Shown: positions 24,539 through 34,770, numbered from the stretch's first letter. The stretch is DNA of 51,091 nt from a virus (IMGVR_UViG_3300048855_000061:1-51091), one strand, 5' to 3'. The notes: generated by a model from the letters alone, not told the origin. Program-made: numbers and translations.

Positions 24539-26155
24539 ATGGCTTGGTGGACACGTACCACACCAGAAGAGCGGGTGGTGCGTGAGGCCACGCGCGCCAT
24601 CTCCGGTCTGGTGCAGAGCCAACCCCGTGCTCAAGGTGGCGGGGGAGGCAGCGAAACGCGCTGGCGCGGAGCCTCCCGCATGCTTCGAAGCATGTCGAGC
24701 TGGATACCGTTCCTTGGCAGTCCTAACCGAGATCTGAGTTCACCCGAACGAAAAACGCTGGTCGCAAGATCGCGCGATGCAATGCGTAACCACCTGATCG
24801 CCCGCGCGGCAATCGTGCGGACCCGCACCAACGTGGTGGGCACCGGACTGATCTGCCGGCCTCAAGTCGACCATGTCGCCTTAGGCATTAGTGAAGAGCA
24901 GGCGGACGAATTCAACGCTCTGGTCCAGCGGGAATGGGAGCTATACGCCGGCGATCCACGCGAGTGTGATGCGGAGGCGACGCTCAATCACTACCAGCAG
25001 CAGGCGCTCGCTCTCGTATCTGCCATGACCGGCGGCGACTGCTTCGTCGCGACGCCATGGGTAGAGCGGCCGGGCACGATTTACAACACCCGGCTGCAGC
25101 TGATCGAGACGGACCGGGTATCTAACCCCCACGGCGCTCCGGACAACGAGCGCATGGTGGAAGGGATTGAGTTCGACGACTTCGGGGCGCCGGTTGCGGC
25201 CTACATCTGCAACGGTTATCCCGACGACAAGTTTCTCAAGTACCCCCTGCGCTGGGACCGTATTGAGTTTTTCGGCGCCGAAACAGGACGCCGCCGGCTG
25301 CTGCAAATCTGGTGTGACAAGGAACGGCCTGGGCTGAAGCGCGGCGCGCCCTACCTGGCGCCGATTCTTGAGCCACTGCAAAAGCTCGAGCGTTACGCGA
25401 GTGCCGAGCTGATGGCCGCGGTCATCTCCGCGATGTTCACCGTGTTCATCAAGAAGGGTGACAACTTCAGCGGCGGCGGCCAAGGCCAGCCCATCTTTGG
25501 CGACGAAGATGGCACTGTTGGCGGCGACGTTGGACCGGCTCCGCTGGAGCTGGGCGAGGGTGCGATCGTGGACCTGGCCCCGGGCGAGGAGCCAATGATT
25601 GCGAACCCGGCCCGCCCGAACGCGCAGTTCGACCCGTTCTTCACCGCCATCGTCAAAGAGATCGGCGCTGCGCTGGAACTGCCGCTCGAGGAGTTGATGC
25701 TGCACTACAGCAGCAGCTACAGCGCCGCGCGCGCCGCCATGTTGCAAGCCTGGCGGTTCTACACCATGCGGCGCTGGTGGCTTGTCTGCGACTTCTGCCA
25801 GCCGAGCTACGAACTGATGTTCGATGAGGCCGTGGCGGCCGGGCGCATTCATGCACCTGGCTATCACGACCCGGCGATGCGTCGGGCATATACGCAGGCC
25901 ATCTGGATCGGGCCGGCCCGTGGCGCTATCGACGAGCTCAAGGAAGCGAAGGCGGCGCGCGAACGCATCGACGTCGGGATCAGCAACGAAACGATGGAGA
26001 CAGCGGCCATGACTGGCGAGACCTGGCAGCAGGTCAACCGGCAGCGCGCACGCGAGTTGAAGCAGCGGCGCGACAACGGCACGGCGGTGGTTGACGCCGC
26101 GCCAGCCGCTGAAGCCAAACCTGAAAAGCCAGAGCTACCTGACGAAGAGGAGTAA
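24539..26155 (+). CDS. Portal protein, lambda family
   Basis: ARSRDAMRN, NVVGTGL, GIEFD, YSAARAA and IDELKE motifs. Confidence 0.95.
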   Translation: MAWWTRTTPEERVVREATRAISGLVQSQPRAQGGGGGSETRWRGASRMLRSMSSWIPFLGSPNRDLSSPERKTLVARSRDAMRNHLIARAAIVRTRTNVVGTGLICRPQVDHVALGISEEQADEFNALVQREWELYAGDPRECDAEATLNHYQQQALALVSAMTGGDCFVATPWVERPGTIYNTRLQLIETDRVSNPHGAPDNERMVEGIEFDDFGAPVAAYICNGYPDDKFLKYPLRWDRIEFFGAETGRRRLLQIWCDKERPGLKRGAPYLAPILEPLQKLERYASAELMAAVISAMFTVFIKKGDNFSGGGQGQPIFGDEDGTVGGDVGPAPLELGEGAIVDLAPGEEPMIANPARPNAQFDPFFTAIVKEIGAALELPLEELMLHYSSSYSAARAAMLQAWRFYTMRRWWLVCDFCQPSYELMFDEAVAAGRIHAPGYHDPAMRRAYTQAIWIGPARGAIDELKEAKAARERIDVGISNETMETAAMTGETWQQVNRQRARELKQRRDNGTAVVDAAPAAEAKPEKPELPDEEE

Positions 26156-26157
26156 TC

Positions 26158-27375
26158 ATGCCAAGAGCCTTTGAGCTGGCCAGTGCTCAGCCTTGGCTGA
26201 TGCTTCCAGATGCGCTGGATAATTTGCTGTCGATCGCGGACCGGCAAAACGATTTGGAGGCGCTGGAAACACGCCTCGGCCGACAGCTTGACCACACCCA
26301 TACGGTGACGCAGCGCGGAAACGTCGCAATCATCCCGGTCACCGGTCCGATCTTCCGATACGCGTCGTTCTTCACGCGTATCAGCGGTGCGACCAGTACA
26401 GGAAACATCGCAACCGACCTGCAGGCCGCGCTGGACAACCCTGCCATCCGCTCCATCGTGTTGAACATTGACAGCCCGGGCGGCGAAGCCAATGGCATCA
26501 ACGAGCTGGCTGACATGATCCACGCTGCTCGCGACAAAAAACGCATCGTGGCGTACGTGGGCGGCAGCGGCGCAAGCGCGGCTTACTGGATCGCCAGCGC
26601 TGCGAGTGAAGTTGTTGTCGATGCGACTGCGCTGCTCGGGTCCATCGGCGTCGTGCTGAACGTGTCCGTCTCCAAGGAAAAGGACGGTCAGAAAAGCTAC
26701 GAGATTGTCAGCGGTACCGCGCCAAACAAGCGGCCCAACGTCGAGACCGACGAAGGCCGCGCTGAAATCGCGAAGACGGTGGACGCACTCGCCAACGTGT
26801 TCGTGGGCAAAGTCGCCCGGAACCTGAATGTTTCCGCCGACAAGGTCCCTGAAATGGGCGGCCATGGCGGCCTGAAGGTGGGCGCTGAAGCCGTTGCATC
26901 AGGGCTGGCGCACCGCGTTGGCTCGCTTGAATCAGTTATTGCCGAGTTGGCCGGTCCTGCCAGCAACCCACCGAGGAAACCCCTTGTGACTACTGTAAAA
27001 ACCACGGCGGAGCTGCATGCGGCTATCGAGGCCGGCACCGACCCGAAGACCATCACCATCGCTGCCGCAGAGCAGGTCGATACCGTCGCCCTGGCCGCGG
27101 CGGCGACTGCCAGCGAAAAGGCCCGCATCCTGGGTATCCAGGCGCTGGGCGTTAAAGGCTTCGAGACCGAGATGCAGGCCGCAATCGACGGCGATCTGTC
27201 AGTTGACGCGGCGGGCATGAGCCTATTCAAAGCTGCGCAGGATCGCGGCGTGACGCTGGACAGCATCCAGCGTGATTCAAAAACGGCCGCCGCTGCAGTC
27301 GCAGCCGCTGGCCAGGGCAAAAAAGAGTTCTCCACCAAGTCCATCTGGGCTAGCCGCAAAGGGGCGAAAGCATGA
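26158..27375 (+). CDS. S49 prohead protease / scaffold (gpC-like)
   Basis: IDSPGG, ASAAYWIASAA and GSIGV; Ala-rich scaffold-like C-terminus. Confidence 0.93.
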   Translation: MPRAFELASAQPWLMLPDALDNLLSIADRQNDLEALETRLGRQLDHTHTVTQRGNVAIIPVTGPIFRYASFFTRISGATSTGNIATDLQAALDNPAIRSIVLNIDSPGGEANGINELADMIHAARDKKRIVAYVGGSGASAAYWIASAASEVVVDATALLGSIGVVLNVSVSKEKDGQKSYEIVSGTAPNKRPNVETDEGRAEIAKTVDALANVFVGKVARNLNVSADKVPEMGGHGGLKVGAEAVASGLAHRVGSLESVIAELAGPASNPPRKPLVTTVKTTAELHAAIEAGTDPKTITIAAAEQVDTVALAAAATASEKARILGIQALGVKGFETEMQAAIDGDLSVDAAGMSLFKAAQDRGVTLDSIQRDSKTAAAAVAAAGQGKKEFSTKSIWASRKGAKA

Positions 27376-27722
27376 ACTTCGATACCGTAACTCAGGGCGC
27401 CCGAACCGCCGCGTTTTTGCTCAACGAAGCGAGCGGCGAGCGCTCCCGCGAGCAGATCGTCCTGCTCAAGGGCGCCACCGCTTTCCCCGCCGGGCAGATC
27501 CTGTCGAAGAACGGCGCGGGCAAGTACGTCGCATTCGTTGCGCCGGCCGATGGCGCTGCGGTCAACGTCGCGATCCTCTACGAAGGCCGTGATGCTGATA
27601 CCACCGCCGACCGCTACGCCGCTGGTGTAGTGCGCGACTGCGAAGTTATCGAAAGCCTGCTGGTCGGCCTGACCGAGCCGGCCCGTACCGCGCTGCTTGC
27701 CGCCGGTATCATCCTTCGCTGA
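27372..27722 (+). CDS. Head decoration protein (gpD-like)
   Basis: FLLNEASGERSRE..GIILR; between protease and capsid. Confidence 0.88.
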   Translation: MNFDTVTQGARTAAFLLNEASGERSREQIVLLKGATAFPAGQILSKNGAGKYVAFVAPADGAAVNVAILYEGRDADTTADRYAAGVVRDCEVIESLLVGLTEPARTALLAAGIILR

Positions 27723-27784
27723 TTCATACACCACCCGATTAAAACAGACCGCCGATGGCGGTTTTTTCGTTTCTGGAGAACGGA

Positions 27785-28789
27785 ATGGCTGATTTGAGTA
27801 TTTTCGCGGGCGACGAGTTTGGTCGCATCGCAATGACCACCGCCATCAACCAGCCGGTTGAAGGCCAAGCGGTGCCCACGCGCCTCGACACGCTGTTCGA
27901 AGAAGAGGGCGTGACCACTACGGCCGTTTTCATCGAGCGCGAAAACGATAACCTCACTCTGGTGCCCGCCGCCGAGCGCGGGGCGCCAAGCGATCCGACC
28001 ACAGGCCCAGGCCGGGACATGATCCCGTTCCAGACCATCCACCTGCCCACCCGCGCGGTGGTACGTGCCGACGAGGTCCAGGGTATTCGCGCCTTCGGCA
28101 CCGAAAGCGAACTGGAAACCGTGCAGGCCATGGTTGATAAGCGCCTGCTGAAGATGCGCAAGCGCCTTGAGGCAACCATCCGCTATCAGCGTGTGGGCGC
28201 AATCACCGGCAAGGTCTACGACGCGGACGGTGCCCGTGTCCTGCTGGACCTTTACGCGCGCTTCGGTATCGAGCAGCAGACCGTAGCGTTCAACATGAAC
28301 GTCAACGAAACCAAGCTGCTGGCGAAAGTCACCGATGCCAAGCGCAAGGCCGAAGACGCCATCGGCGGAACCGGCATCATCGCGGGCTGGCTGGGTATCG
28401 CGGGCCGTAACTGGTTCGACTCGTTCACCAATCACGACTCGGTGCAGAAGGCGTTCGATCGCTGGAACGACGGCCAATTCTTGCGCGATGACCATCGCCG
28501 CGACGGCTTCAGCTTCGGCGGCGTCAACTGGGAAGAGTTCTACGGCAACCTCGGTGGCACCCTGTTCATGGACCCGGACACCGCGTACCTGGTGCCGGTG
28601 GGTGTGGACGGCCTGTTCATCACCAACTTCGCTCCGGCTGACTACATGGAAACGGTCAACACCACCGGTGTGCCGTTCTACGCGAGCCAGGAACCGCTGC
28701 GCCACAACAAGGGCATCGACATGGAAGCGCAGAGCAACCCGCTCAGCCTGTGCACCCTGCCGCGCGCGATCATCAAGCTGACCAAGTGA
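27785..28789 (+). CDS. Major capsid protein (lambda E family)
   Basis: LFEEEGVTT, ADEVQGIRAFG, FAPADY and EAQSNPL motifs. Confidence 0.93.
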   Translation: MADLSIFAGDEFGRIAMTTAINQPVEGQAVPTRLDTLFEEEGVTTTAVFIERENDNLTLVPAAERGAPSDPTTGPGRDMIPFQTIHLPTRAVVRADEVQGIRAFGTESELETVQAMVDKRLLKMRKRLEATIRYQRVGAITGKVYDADGARVLLDLYARFGIEQQTVAFNMNVNETKLLAKVTDAKRKAEDAIGGTGIIAGWLGIAGRNWFDSFTNHDSVQKAFDRWNDGQFLRDDHRRDGFSFGGVNWEEFYGNLGGTLFMDPDTAYLVPVGVDGLFITNFAPADYMETVNTTGVPFYASQEPLRHNKGIDMEAQSNPLSLCTLPRAIIKLTK

Positions 28790-29112
28790 TGAGCGGCTCA
28801 GAGTTCGACGACATCTTCGAAGATGCGGACGATGAGCTGTTCGAGGTGTTCGGCAATAAGGGCGGTGTTTCCTTTCAAGCCAAGGACGGCGGCCTTTGTG
28901 GAGTCGTTGGCGGTGTGATCCAGAAGAACGTCGGCTCCCCCAACGGCGAAACCTTCGTCGTGGTGGCGCTGGCGGTGGATCTGCGCGTCAGCGAAGTGCC
29001 AGACCCGCAGCGCGGCGACCTGGTCACCGTCAACTGTCTCCGGTACGTCCTGGGCGAATTTCTGGGCACGGACGGCAAGATCAACCGCTACTCACTGCAA
29101 CCGGTGGACTGA
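28789..29112 (+). CDS. Head-tail joining protein
   Basis: Coupled to capsid stop; PQRGDLVTV..Y motif; position. Confidence 0.7.
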   Translation: MSGSEFDDIFEDADDELFEVFGNKGGVSFQAKDGGLCGVVGGVIQKNVGSPNGETFVVVALAVDLRVSEVPDPQRGDLVTVNCLRYVLGEFLGTDGKINRYSLQPVD

Positions 29113-29588
29113 TGGCGACCCCAAACCTGCTGAGCGCGGGCCGCAAGGCTCTTATCGACCGCCTGACAACCATCTCAGTAAGCAACGGCTACCGAACTGC
29201 GGCTGGTCCGAACACTCGTTCGGGCTGGTTCAACGAAGTGCTCAAAGAAAACAACGTCGGCTTCCCGCTTATCGTCGTTCAGAAAGCGAAGGGTATGGCG
29301 CCTGTCGCCGGCCCATATGCCTTGAAGGTCATGCAAGGCTTCAACGTCATCGGTGCCGTCAAGGCGGGACTCGATGGCTACGAGGACGCGATTGAAGAAC
29401 TGGAGCACGACCTGCTTCTTTGCCTGATGCCGACTATTGGAGTTTTGCCGCATTGGCTTCCGCGCGGCGTCACGGGCATCACCATCGGCGCACCCGAGGC
29501 TTTCCCTCCTGCAGAAGGGGTGAGCGCCGCAACCGTGCTCATCCCTGTTCACCTTCACACAATCATTCAGGTGCAACCCAATGCCTAA
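29112..29588 (+). CDS. Tail terminator/completion protein
   Basis: RLTTISVSNGYRT N-terminus; position before tail tube. Confidence 0.7.
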   Translation: MATPNLLSAGRKALIDRLTTISVSNGYRTAAGPNTRSGWFNEVLKENNVGFPLIVVQKAKGMAPVAGPYALKVMQGFNVIGAVKAGLDGYEDAIEELEHDLLLCLMPTIGVLPHWLPRGVTGITIGAPEAFPPAEGVSAATVLIPVHLHTIIQVQPNA

Positions 29589-29787
29589 AGACGAAATCGC
29601 GACGGCTCCGGCCGCCGCGGACGAGCCAGCAGAGCGTTCCGTACCCCGGTTCGAAGTCGAGCTGCTCAAGCCTCATACCCATGCCGGTCAAGATCTCCTG
29701 CCGGGCGCCAAATTCAAAATCACCGCTGAGCAGCGCACCTGGTTGAAAAGCCTGGGTGTCATCGCCGGCGAAACCCCGGAGAAGTAA
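29581..29787 (+). CDS. Small virion-associated protein
   Basis: VELLKPHTHAG..PG..WL..LGVI motif. Confidence 0.65.
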   Translation: MPKDEIATAPAAADEPAERSVPRFEVELLKPHTHAGQDLLPGAKFKITAEQRTWLKSLGVIAGETPEK

Positions 29788-29790
29788 AAC

Positions 29791-30540
29791 ATGGCACGCG
29801 AAATTGAAACGTTCGTTGTGGGCGGTCGGGTAAAAATGCGGCCCTACGGCGTCGGCGGTCCATTCTTGCCGGTTGGCCTGGTCTCCACGTTAAAGCAGGC
29901 GATCGAGAAGACCGACATCACATTGGCGGACACCACCAGTCCTCAGGGCGGTGAGTACGACGCGATCAGCCGCATCACGAGCATGGCGCTCACCATGAAC
30001 TGGCGGGAGCTGTATACCTCCAACCTCGCGGCCATGTATTGGGGCGATGTGACCAAGGTCCCAGCCACCACTGTGACAGACGAGCAGCACACTGCCTCGA
30101 AGGGCGGCACGATCATGCTGGCCAAGATGCCGCTGATCATCACCTCCGTCACCGCTGCAACCGGCAACACCGCCTATGTCGACGGTGATGACTACCAGAT
30201 GACCGGGGCGGGTATCGAAGTGCTAGAGGCGGGGGCCATCGCGGACGCGGCGGAGCTGAAAATCACCTACAGCGCTGCTGCAGTAGACGTGATCGACGCG
30301 CTGACCAACAGCGGCAAGATTTACGAAATTCTCTTCGAAGGCGCGAACGGTGCTGGGACCAAGCAGCGGCTGAACCTGCAGTATTTCCGCTGCCAGTTGA
30401 GCCCGGCAGCAAGCACCGATTGGATCAGCACCGATGATTTCATGGGTTCCGAGGTCACTGTAAAAGTGCTCTCCGATCCTGCGAAGGTCGGCGCCGGCAA
30501 ATCGAAATACATGAAGATCATGAAAGAAGTCGCTGCCTGA
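29791..30540 (+). CDS. Major tail tube protein
   Basis: 249 aa, beta-rich, upstream of chaperone and tape measure genes. Confidence 0.82.
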   Translation: MAREIETFVVGGRVKMRPYGVGGPFLPVGLVSTLKQAIEKTDITLADTTSPQGGEYDAISRITSMALTMNWRELYTSNLAAMYWGDVTKVPATTVTDEQHTASKGGTIMLAKMPLIITSVTAATGNTAYVDGDDYQMTGAGIEVLEAGAIADAAELKITYSAAAVDVIDALTNSGKIYEILFEGANGAGTKQRLNLQYFRCQLSPAASTDWISTDDFMGSEVTVKVLSDPAKVGAGKSKYMKIMKEVAA

Positions 30541-30596
30541 TCTTTTGATATCAGCAGGCCTCCCGCTACGGTGGGGCGCCTGTATCGGAGCCACAA

Positions 30597-30899
30597 ATGT
30601 CTGAATTGACGAACTCAACGGTTCATACGATTGCAGGGAAAGAGGTGGTTTTTCGCGAGCTCAGCGTGGCGAGCGTGCGAAAGATCATGACCAAAGACGC
30701 CTCGGCTGACGCTCTGGGTGACGGGTTCTTCGAAACGATTCGACTGTCGGACATTCCAGACTTCACAAGTCTGACGCCGGACGACATCGAAAATCTGCTG
30801 CCAAGCCACATCCGGCAGGTCATCAAGCACTGCGAGGCTCAGAACCCCGATTTTTTCGCATGGCTGGCCAGGGTCAGCAGCTACCGGGCCAAGCTTTAA
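30597..30899 (+). CDS. Tail assembly chaperone (gpG-like); -1 frameshift product extends to 30997
   Basis: RELSVASVR..NPDFF; slippery T TTT TTC at 30851-30857. Confidence 0.85.
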   Translation: MSELTNSTVHTIAGKEVVFRELSVASVRKIMTKDASADALGDGFFETIRLSDIPDFTSLTPDDIENLLPSHIRQVIKHCEAQNPDFFAWLARVSSYRAKL

Positions 30900-31003
30900 A
30901 AAACCTCGATGACTGCATTTGCGCACTCATCCGCATCGGCCACCATCAAGTGATGGCCTATCCATGGAGACTTTTCCTCCGCGCTTTGAAGGGCTGATCC
31001 GCT

Positions 31004-34000
31004 ATGCGTGACATCGAGCTTCGCCTCACCGCTGACCTGGACGGCGCCACCAAAGAGGTGGCGGGGTTCAAAAAAGAATACGCTGAGATGGTTAAGGTGG
31101 TTGAAAAGCCACTGCGCCAGGTCAACGCATTCCGAGACATTGAGGCAAGCGTCGAGCAGACCAGGCGGGCGATGACCGTCGCGCGTGAGCGTGTACGGGA
31201 TCTAAACAACGAGATCATCAAATCCGAGTCCCCGTCGCGGCAGTTGCAAGAATCATATAAAGCGTCGGTCAGAGAGCTTCAGCGGCTCGAACGCGTTGGA
31301 GCCACTCAGGGCCTGCAGCTCAACCAGATGGGTTCACAACTGCGTGCGGCTGGCGTCGACACAAGAAACCTTGCCGCCGAGCAGTCCCGACTGAGCGCCG
31401 AGTACAACAGGGCTTTAACAGCAGGGCGCGCGAACGCCGCGCTCAGTACTGCCAAATCTTCTCTGGGCGCCGGGTCTGTCCGGGAAACGCAGGCGGATTT
31501 GGTTAAGCTCCGGGAGCAGTACGCTCTCGTGAAGGCTTCGGGAGAAGTGTCCGCCCGCGATCTTGCCATCGCACAAGCCAACTACCGCAGAAGCGTTAGC
31601 GAAACGCTGGCAAAACTTCGCGAGCTGCGCTCCGTCACCGCTACGCCAACTAAAGCAGCTACGTCATCCGTCGACCCCGCTCGTCAGACGTTCGGCCTGA
31701 ACAAACTACGTGAGCTGCGCACTCAGTTACTCTCGCTGACCGCAGACTATCAGCGCCTTACGCGAACGAGTGTTCTGTCCGCCACCGAACGTGCGGTCGC
31801 TGAAAACCGGTACCGCGAGCAAGTGGAGCAGACCCGCCGCTCGATAGCCGCTTTGACTGGGCAGCAAGCGGCAGCTAGTCGCAGCGCTAAGCCGTCTGCC
31901 GGCGGCGGCCTGGCAGAGAATGTCACCCTCGCTGGTGGCGGCCTGTCAGCGATCGCGCTGGGAGCCGCTTACCTCAAGACAACCGATCTCGCGAAGAAGA
32001 TGGAGGCGCAGCTCCGGCTGTCGACGAGCAGCCAGAAGGAATACAACGAAGCGCAGCGCGCGCTGTTTGAAATTGCTCAACGAAACCAAGCGCCGCTGGA
32101 GGGGGTTGTCACTCTCTACGCGCAACTGGCACCAGCGCTGGGTCAGATGGGGCGAGGCCAAAAGGATACGCTTGGCGTAATTGATGCAGTGACCAAGTCG
32201 CTGCGAATCAGCGGTGCGACCACTTCCGAAACCGCGAGCACCGTGCTGCAGTTCTCCCAGGCACTGGGTTCCGGCGTGCTACGTGGGGACGAGTTCAACT
32301 CTATCGCGGAAAACTCACCCCGCTTGCTGCGCGCCCTGGCGGATGGCCTGAACGTGCCGACTGGCGCTCTTCGGGCATTGGCAGCGCAAGGGAAACTCAC
32401 CGCAGACGTCATCGTTGACACGCTGTTGGGCCAGCTTCCCAAGCTTTCAGAAGAAGCCAAGCTGCTCCCCGAGTCATTTGGTGGCGCGCTTACAAAGCTC
32501 AACAACCAACTGACCATCTCGGTCAAGCAGTTCGATGATTGGTCGCATGTTTCCAGCCAGGCGGTTGATATCGCGAATAGCCTGACCGCGGCGCTCGCCA
32601 AGCTCTCAAGCGGTGAGTTTGCAGACTTTTTCCGAAGCGACAAACAGTCTGTCAACGGCTTCAATAACGAAATTTCGGTGGCGCTGGCGCGCATTCGCGA
32701 CCTGACTTCGGCGCGGGCGGGCCTTGATCGCAACAACAAAAGTGACACGACCTTCTTCAACTGGAAGTTCTACAACCAAGCTGATTTTGATAAAGAGATT
32801 TCGGGCCTGTTGGCCTTTGTTGCGGACAGTAAAAAAGCCCGCGACGCCTTAAATGGCGGTCAGGCAGAGAGCAATTCGGAAGCTCAGCGGCTAGCAGAGC
32901 AGCGCGCCGACTCGGCACGGAACGAGAGCAACCGCTTAAAAAGCATTCAAACCGACTTGGTTGCGGCTACAAAAAAAGGGATTAAGGATCAAGTAGCCGC
33001 CGTCAGGAAGGCGACTGAGGACCTGAAGAAGGCGAAAGAGGAACAGGTTGCTGACCAGAAGAAGTATGCGGATGCGCTTGCTGGTCTACAGAATGGCGGT
33101 ACTTCTGGGGAAGCTTCTTATGGCAATGCTCAGGCACTCAAGGTTGGCGCGAAGCAGTCTCTAGCAGTTGGCGATGTCGACGGCGCGAAAGCGAAGGCAG
33201 AGGCATCACTTGGGGTGCTGCAGAAGCTGGCAGATGCTGGCGGCAACACGTTGGGATTTGCGGGTTTCATCAAAGAGCTCCAAGCCATCGAGAAAGCGGC
33301 TGACGAGATCAATGTAAAAAAAGCGCAAGACAGCCTGGACAAAGCCACGGAGAAAACTGCTGATCTGAAGGCCCAGCTTGCAGAGCTCAAAGATGTCCAG
33401 ATAACACCAACGCTTTCAGAGGCCGCAGTTGCTGCCGTCCTCAAGCAGATGCAAGACCTGAAGGTGAAGCTGGGGTTGGCGTTTGATTTCCCGTTGAACC
33501 TCAAACCAACAGATGAGATGCAGACGATCTCGAACCAGGTCGTCAACCCGGTGACCTTTCCAACTTCCGCAACAGCGGTCGATACAGCGGTCGATACAGC
33601 GGTCGCCGCCGTCCCTCAGTCGCAGAAGCTGAAATATCAGGCTGGTGTAACCGACTACTCACAGCAAAATTTGGCTGCGGAAGCTGTTCCGGTTCCGGTC
33701 AAGCCTGCCGTAGATCAAGCCGCGGTGGACTCGGCAAACGCCATGGTGGCGGCGATTTCTGAGCAGTATCGTCAGCGCCTCACGATTCCGGTGAGCGTTG
33801 ACCCAGAGACAGCCCGGCAGGCGGCCGATCAGCTAAATATCCCGGTGACACCTGCTCTTGATGAGGCGTCCGCAGCAACCGCGCAGAGTCAGGTTGCGGC
33901 GCTCGCATCACAGCTCCGGCAGTCTTTGACAGTGCCGGTCACCGTGGTCGGTGCCGATGGCAGCGCACCTGCTGGCAGCAGTCCTGATCTTCCGGGGTAT

Positions 34001-34363
34001 GCGGCAGGCGACATGGTCCGCGGTCCAGGAACGGGAACCAGCGACAGCATTCTGGCTTGGCTATCCAATGGCGAGTTCGTCATGCGGGCTTCTGCGGTCA
34101 GCCACTATGGCGCCGATAACCTGCGTCAAATCAACGAACGGAGGATGCCGCGATTCGCGGAGGGTGGTGCCGTCGGCGCGCGATTCTTCCCGGAGGTCCC
34201 GTCTCCCAGCCAGTCGGTGCTTGACCAGATCAGCCCGCAGGCCCCACAACCGTTTGCCAACGTGTCTCTCAGCGTTGGCGGCGAGACGTACAACGTTCAG
34301 GCACCGCAGCAGGAGTTTGACCGAATCATCCGCAACCAGCGCTTGAAGTACGGTAAATCGTGA
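31004..34363 (+). CDS. Tape measure protein
   Basis: 1119 aa, helical and Ala-rich; QFSQALGSGVLRGDEFNSIAEN; C-terminal GPGTGTSDSILAWLSNGEFV. Confidence 0.95.
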   Translation: MRDIELRLTADLDGATKEVAGFKKEYAEMVKVVEKPLRQVNAFRDIEASVEQTRRAMTVARERVRDLNNEIIKSESPSRQLQESYKASVRELQRLERVGATQGLQLNQMGSQLRAAGVDTRNLAAEQSRLSAEYNRALTAGRANAALSTAKSSLGAGSVRETQADLVKLREQYALVKASGEVSARDLAIAQANYRRSVSETLAKLRELRSVTATPTKAATSSVDPARQTFGLNKLRELRTQLLSLTADYQRLTRTSVLSATERAVAENRYREQVEQTRRSIAALTGQQAAASRSAKPSAGGGLAENVTLAGGGLSAIALGAAYLKTTDLAKKMEAQLRLSTSSQKEYNEAQRALFEIAQRNQAPLEGVVTLYAQLAPALGQMGRGQKDTLGVIDAVTKSLRISGATTSETASTVLQFSQALGSGVLRGDEFNSIAENSPRLLRALADGLNVPTGALRALAAQGKLTADVIVDTLLGQLPKLSEEAKLLPESFGGALTKLNNQLTISVKQFDDWSHVSSQAVDIANSLTAALAKLSSGEFADFFRSDKQSVNGFNNEISVALARIRDLTSARAGLDRNNKSDTTFFNWKFYNQADFDKEISGLLAFVADSKKARDALNGGQAESNSEAQRLAEQRADSARNESNRLKSIQTDLVAATKKGIKDQVAAVRKATEDLKKAKEEQVADQKKYADALAGLQNGGTSGEASYGNAQALKVGAKQSLAVGDVDGAKAKAEASLGVLQKLADAGGNTLGFAGFIKELQAIEKAADEINVKKAQDSLDKATEKTADLKAQLAELKDVQITPTLSEAAVAAVLKQMQDLKVKLGLAFDFPLNLKPTDEMQTISNQVVNPVTFPTSATAVDTAVDTAVAAVPQSQKLKYQAGVTDYSQQNLAAEAVPVPVKPAVDQAAVDSANAMVAAISEQYRQRLTIPVSVDPETARQAADQLNIPVTPALDEASAATAQSQVAALASQLRQSLTVPVTVVGADGSAPAGSSPDLPGYAAGDMVRGPGTGTSDSILAWLSNGEFVMRASAVSHYGADNLRQINERRMPRFAEGGAVGARFFPEVPSPSQSVLDQISPQAPQPFANVSLSVGGETYNVQAPQQEFDRIIRNQRLKYGKS
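33572..33605 (+). repeat. 12-bp tandem repeat in the tape measure gene
   Basis: ACAGCGGTCGAT x2.8, encoding TAVD-TAVD-TAV. Confidence 0.85.
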
Positions 34364-34421
34364 CGGGGTGCTTCTCCGATGGGTCGATGTTAAATTGCGT
34401 CAAAATCCCGGGGAGGTCTTC

Positions 34422-34718
34422 ATGGAGTATTTGGTGATATGGATTGCCGTGGCAGTTTGCGCTGCCTGGTATGCACATCAGAAAGGGCGAAGCCCGGCTG
34501 TCTGGTTGATCGTGGGGTTGTTCTTCAGCGTTTTCGCGCTGTTTTTACTGTGGTTCCTCAATCCTGTCGGAATTGACGATGCGAAAAGCCAGGCGATCGC
34601 GAGGAAGTTTGGCGTGTCGGCCTTATATCGGAAGTGCCCTGAATGCGCAGAGTTGATCCAGAGGGAAGCCCGGAAGTGTCGTTTCTGCCAAGCCCCGCTT
34701 GATCCTGTTCCGGACTGA
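34422..34718 (+). CDS. Moron: two-TM protein with C-terminal zinc ribbon
   Basis: GGAGG site; KGRS..W motif between two TM helices; CPECAE..CRFC; terminator follows. Confidence 0.85.
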   Translation: MEYLVIWIAVAVCAAWYAHQKGRSPAVWLIVGLFFSVFALFLLWFLNPVGIDDAKSQAIARKFGVSALYRKCPECAELIQREARKCRFCQAPLDPVPD

Positions 34719-34736
34719 ACATACAACCATCAAACC

Positions 34737-34758
34737 AACCCGCCTCGGCGGGTTTTTT
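34737..34758 (+). terminator. Intrinsic terminator of the moron
   Basis: AACCCGC-CTCG-GCGGGTTTTTT. Confidence 0.8.
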
Positions 34759-34770
34759 GTTTCCGGAGTA

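Noticed and set aside
24941-28705. Long antisense ORFs (308-378 aa) opposite portal, protease and capsid genes
   Set aside because: Expected shadow of GC-rich codon usage; no motifs, unlike the same-strand overlap in the methyltransferase.
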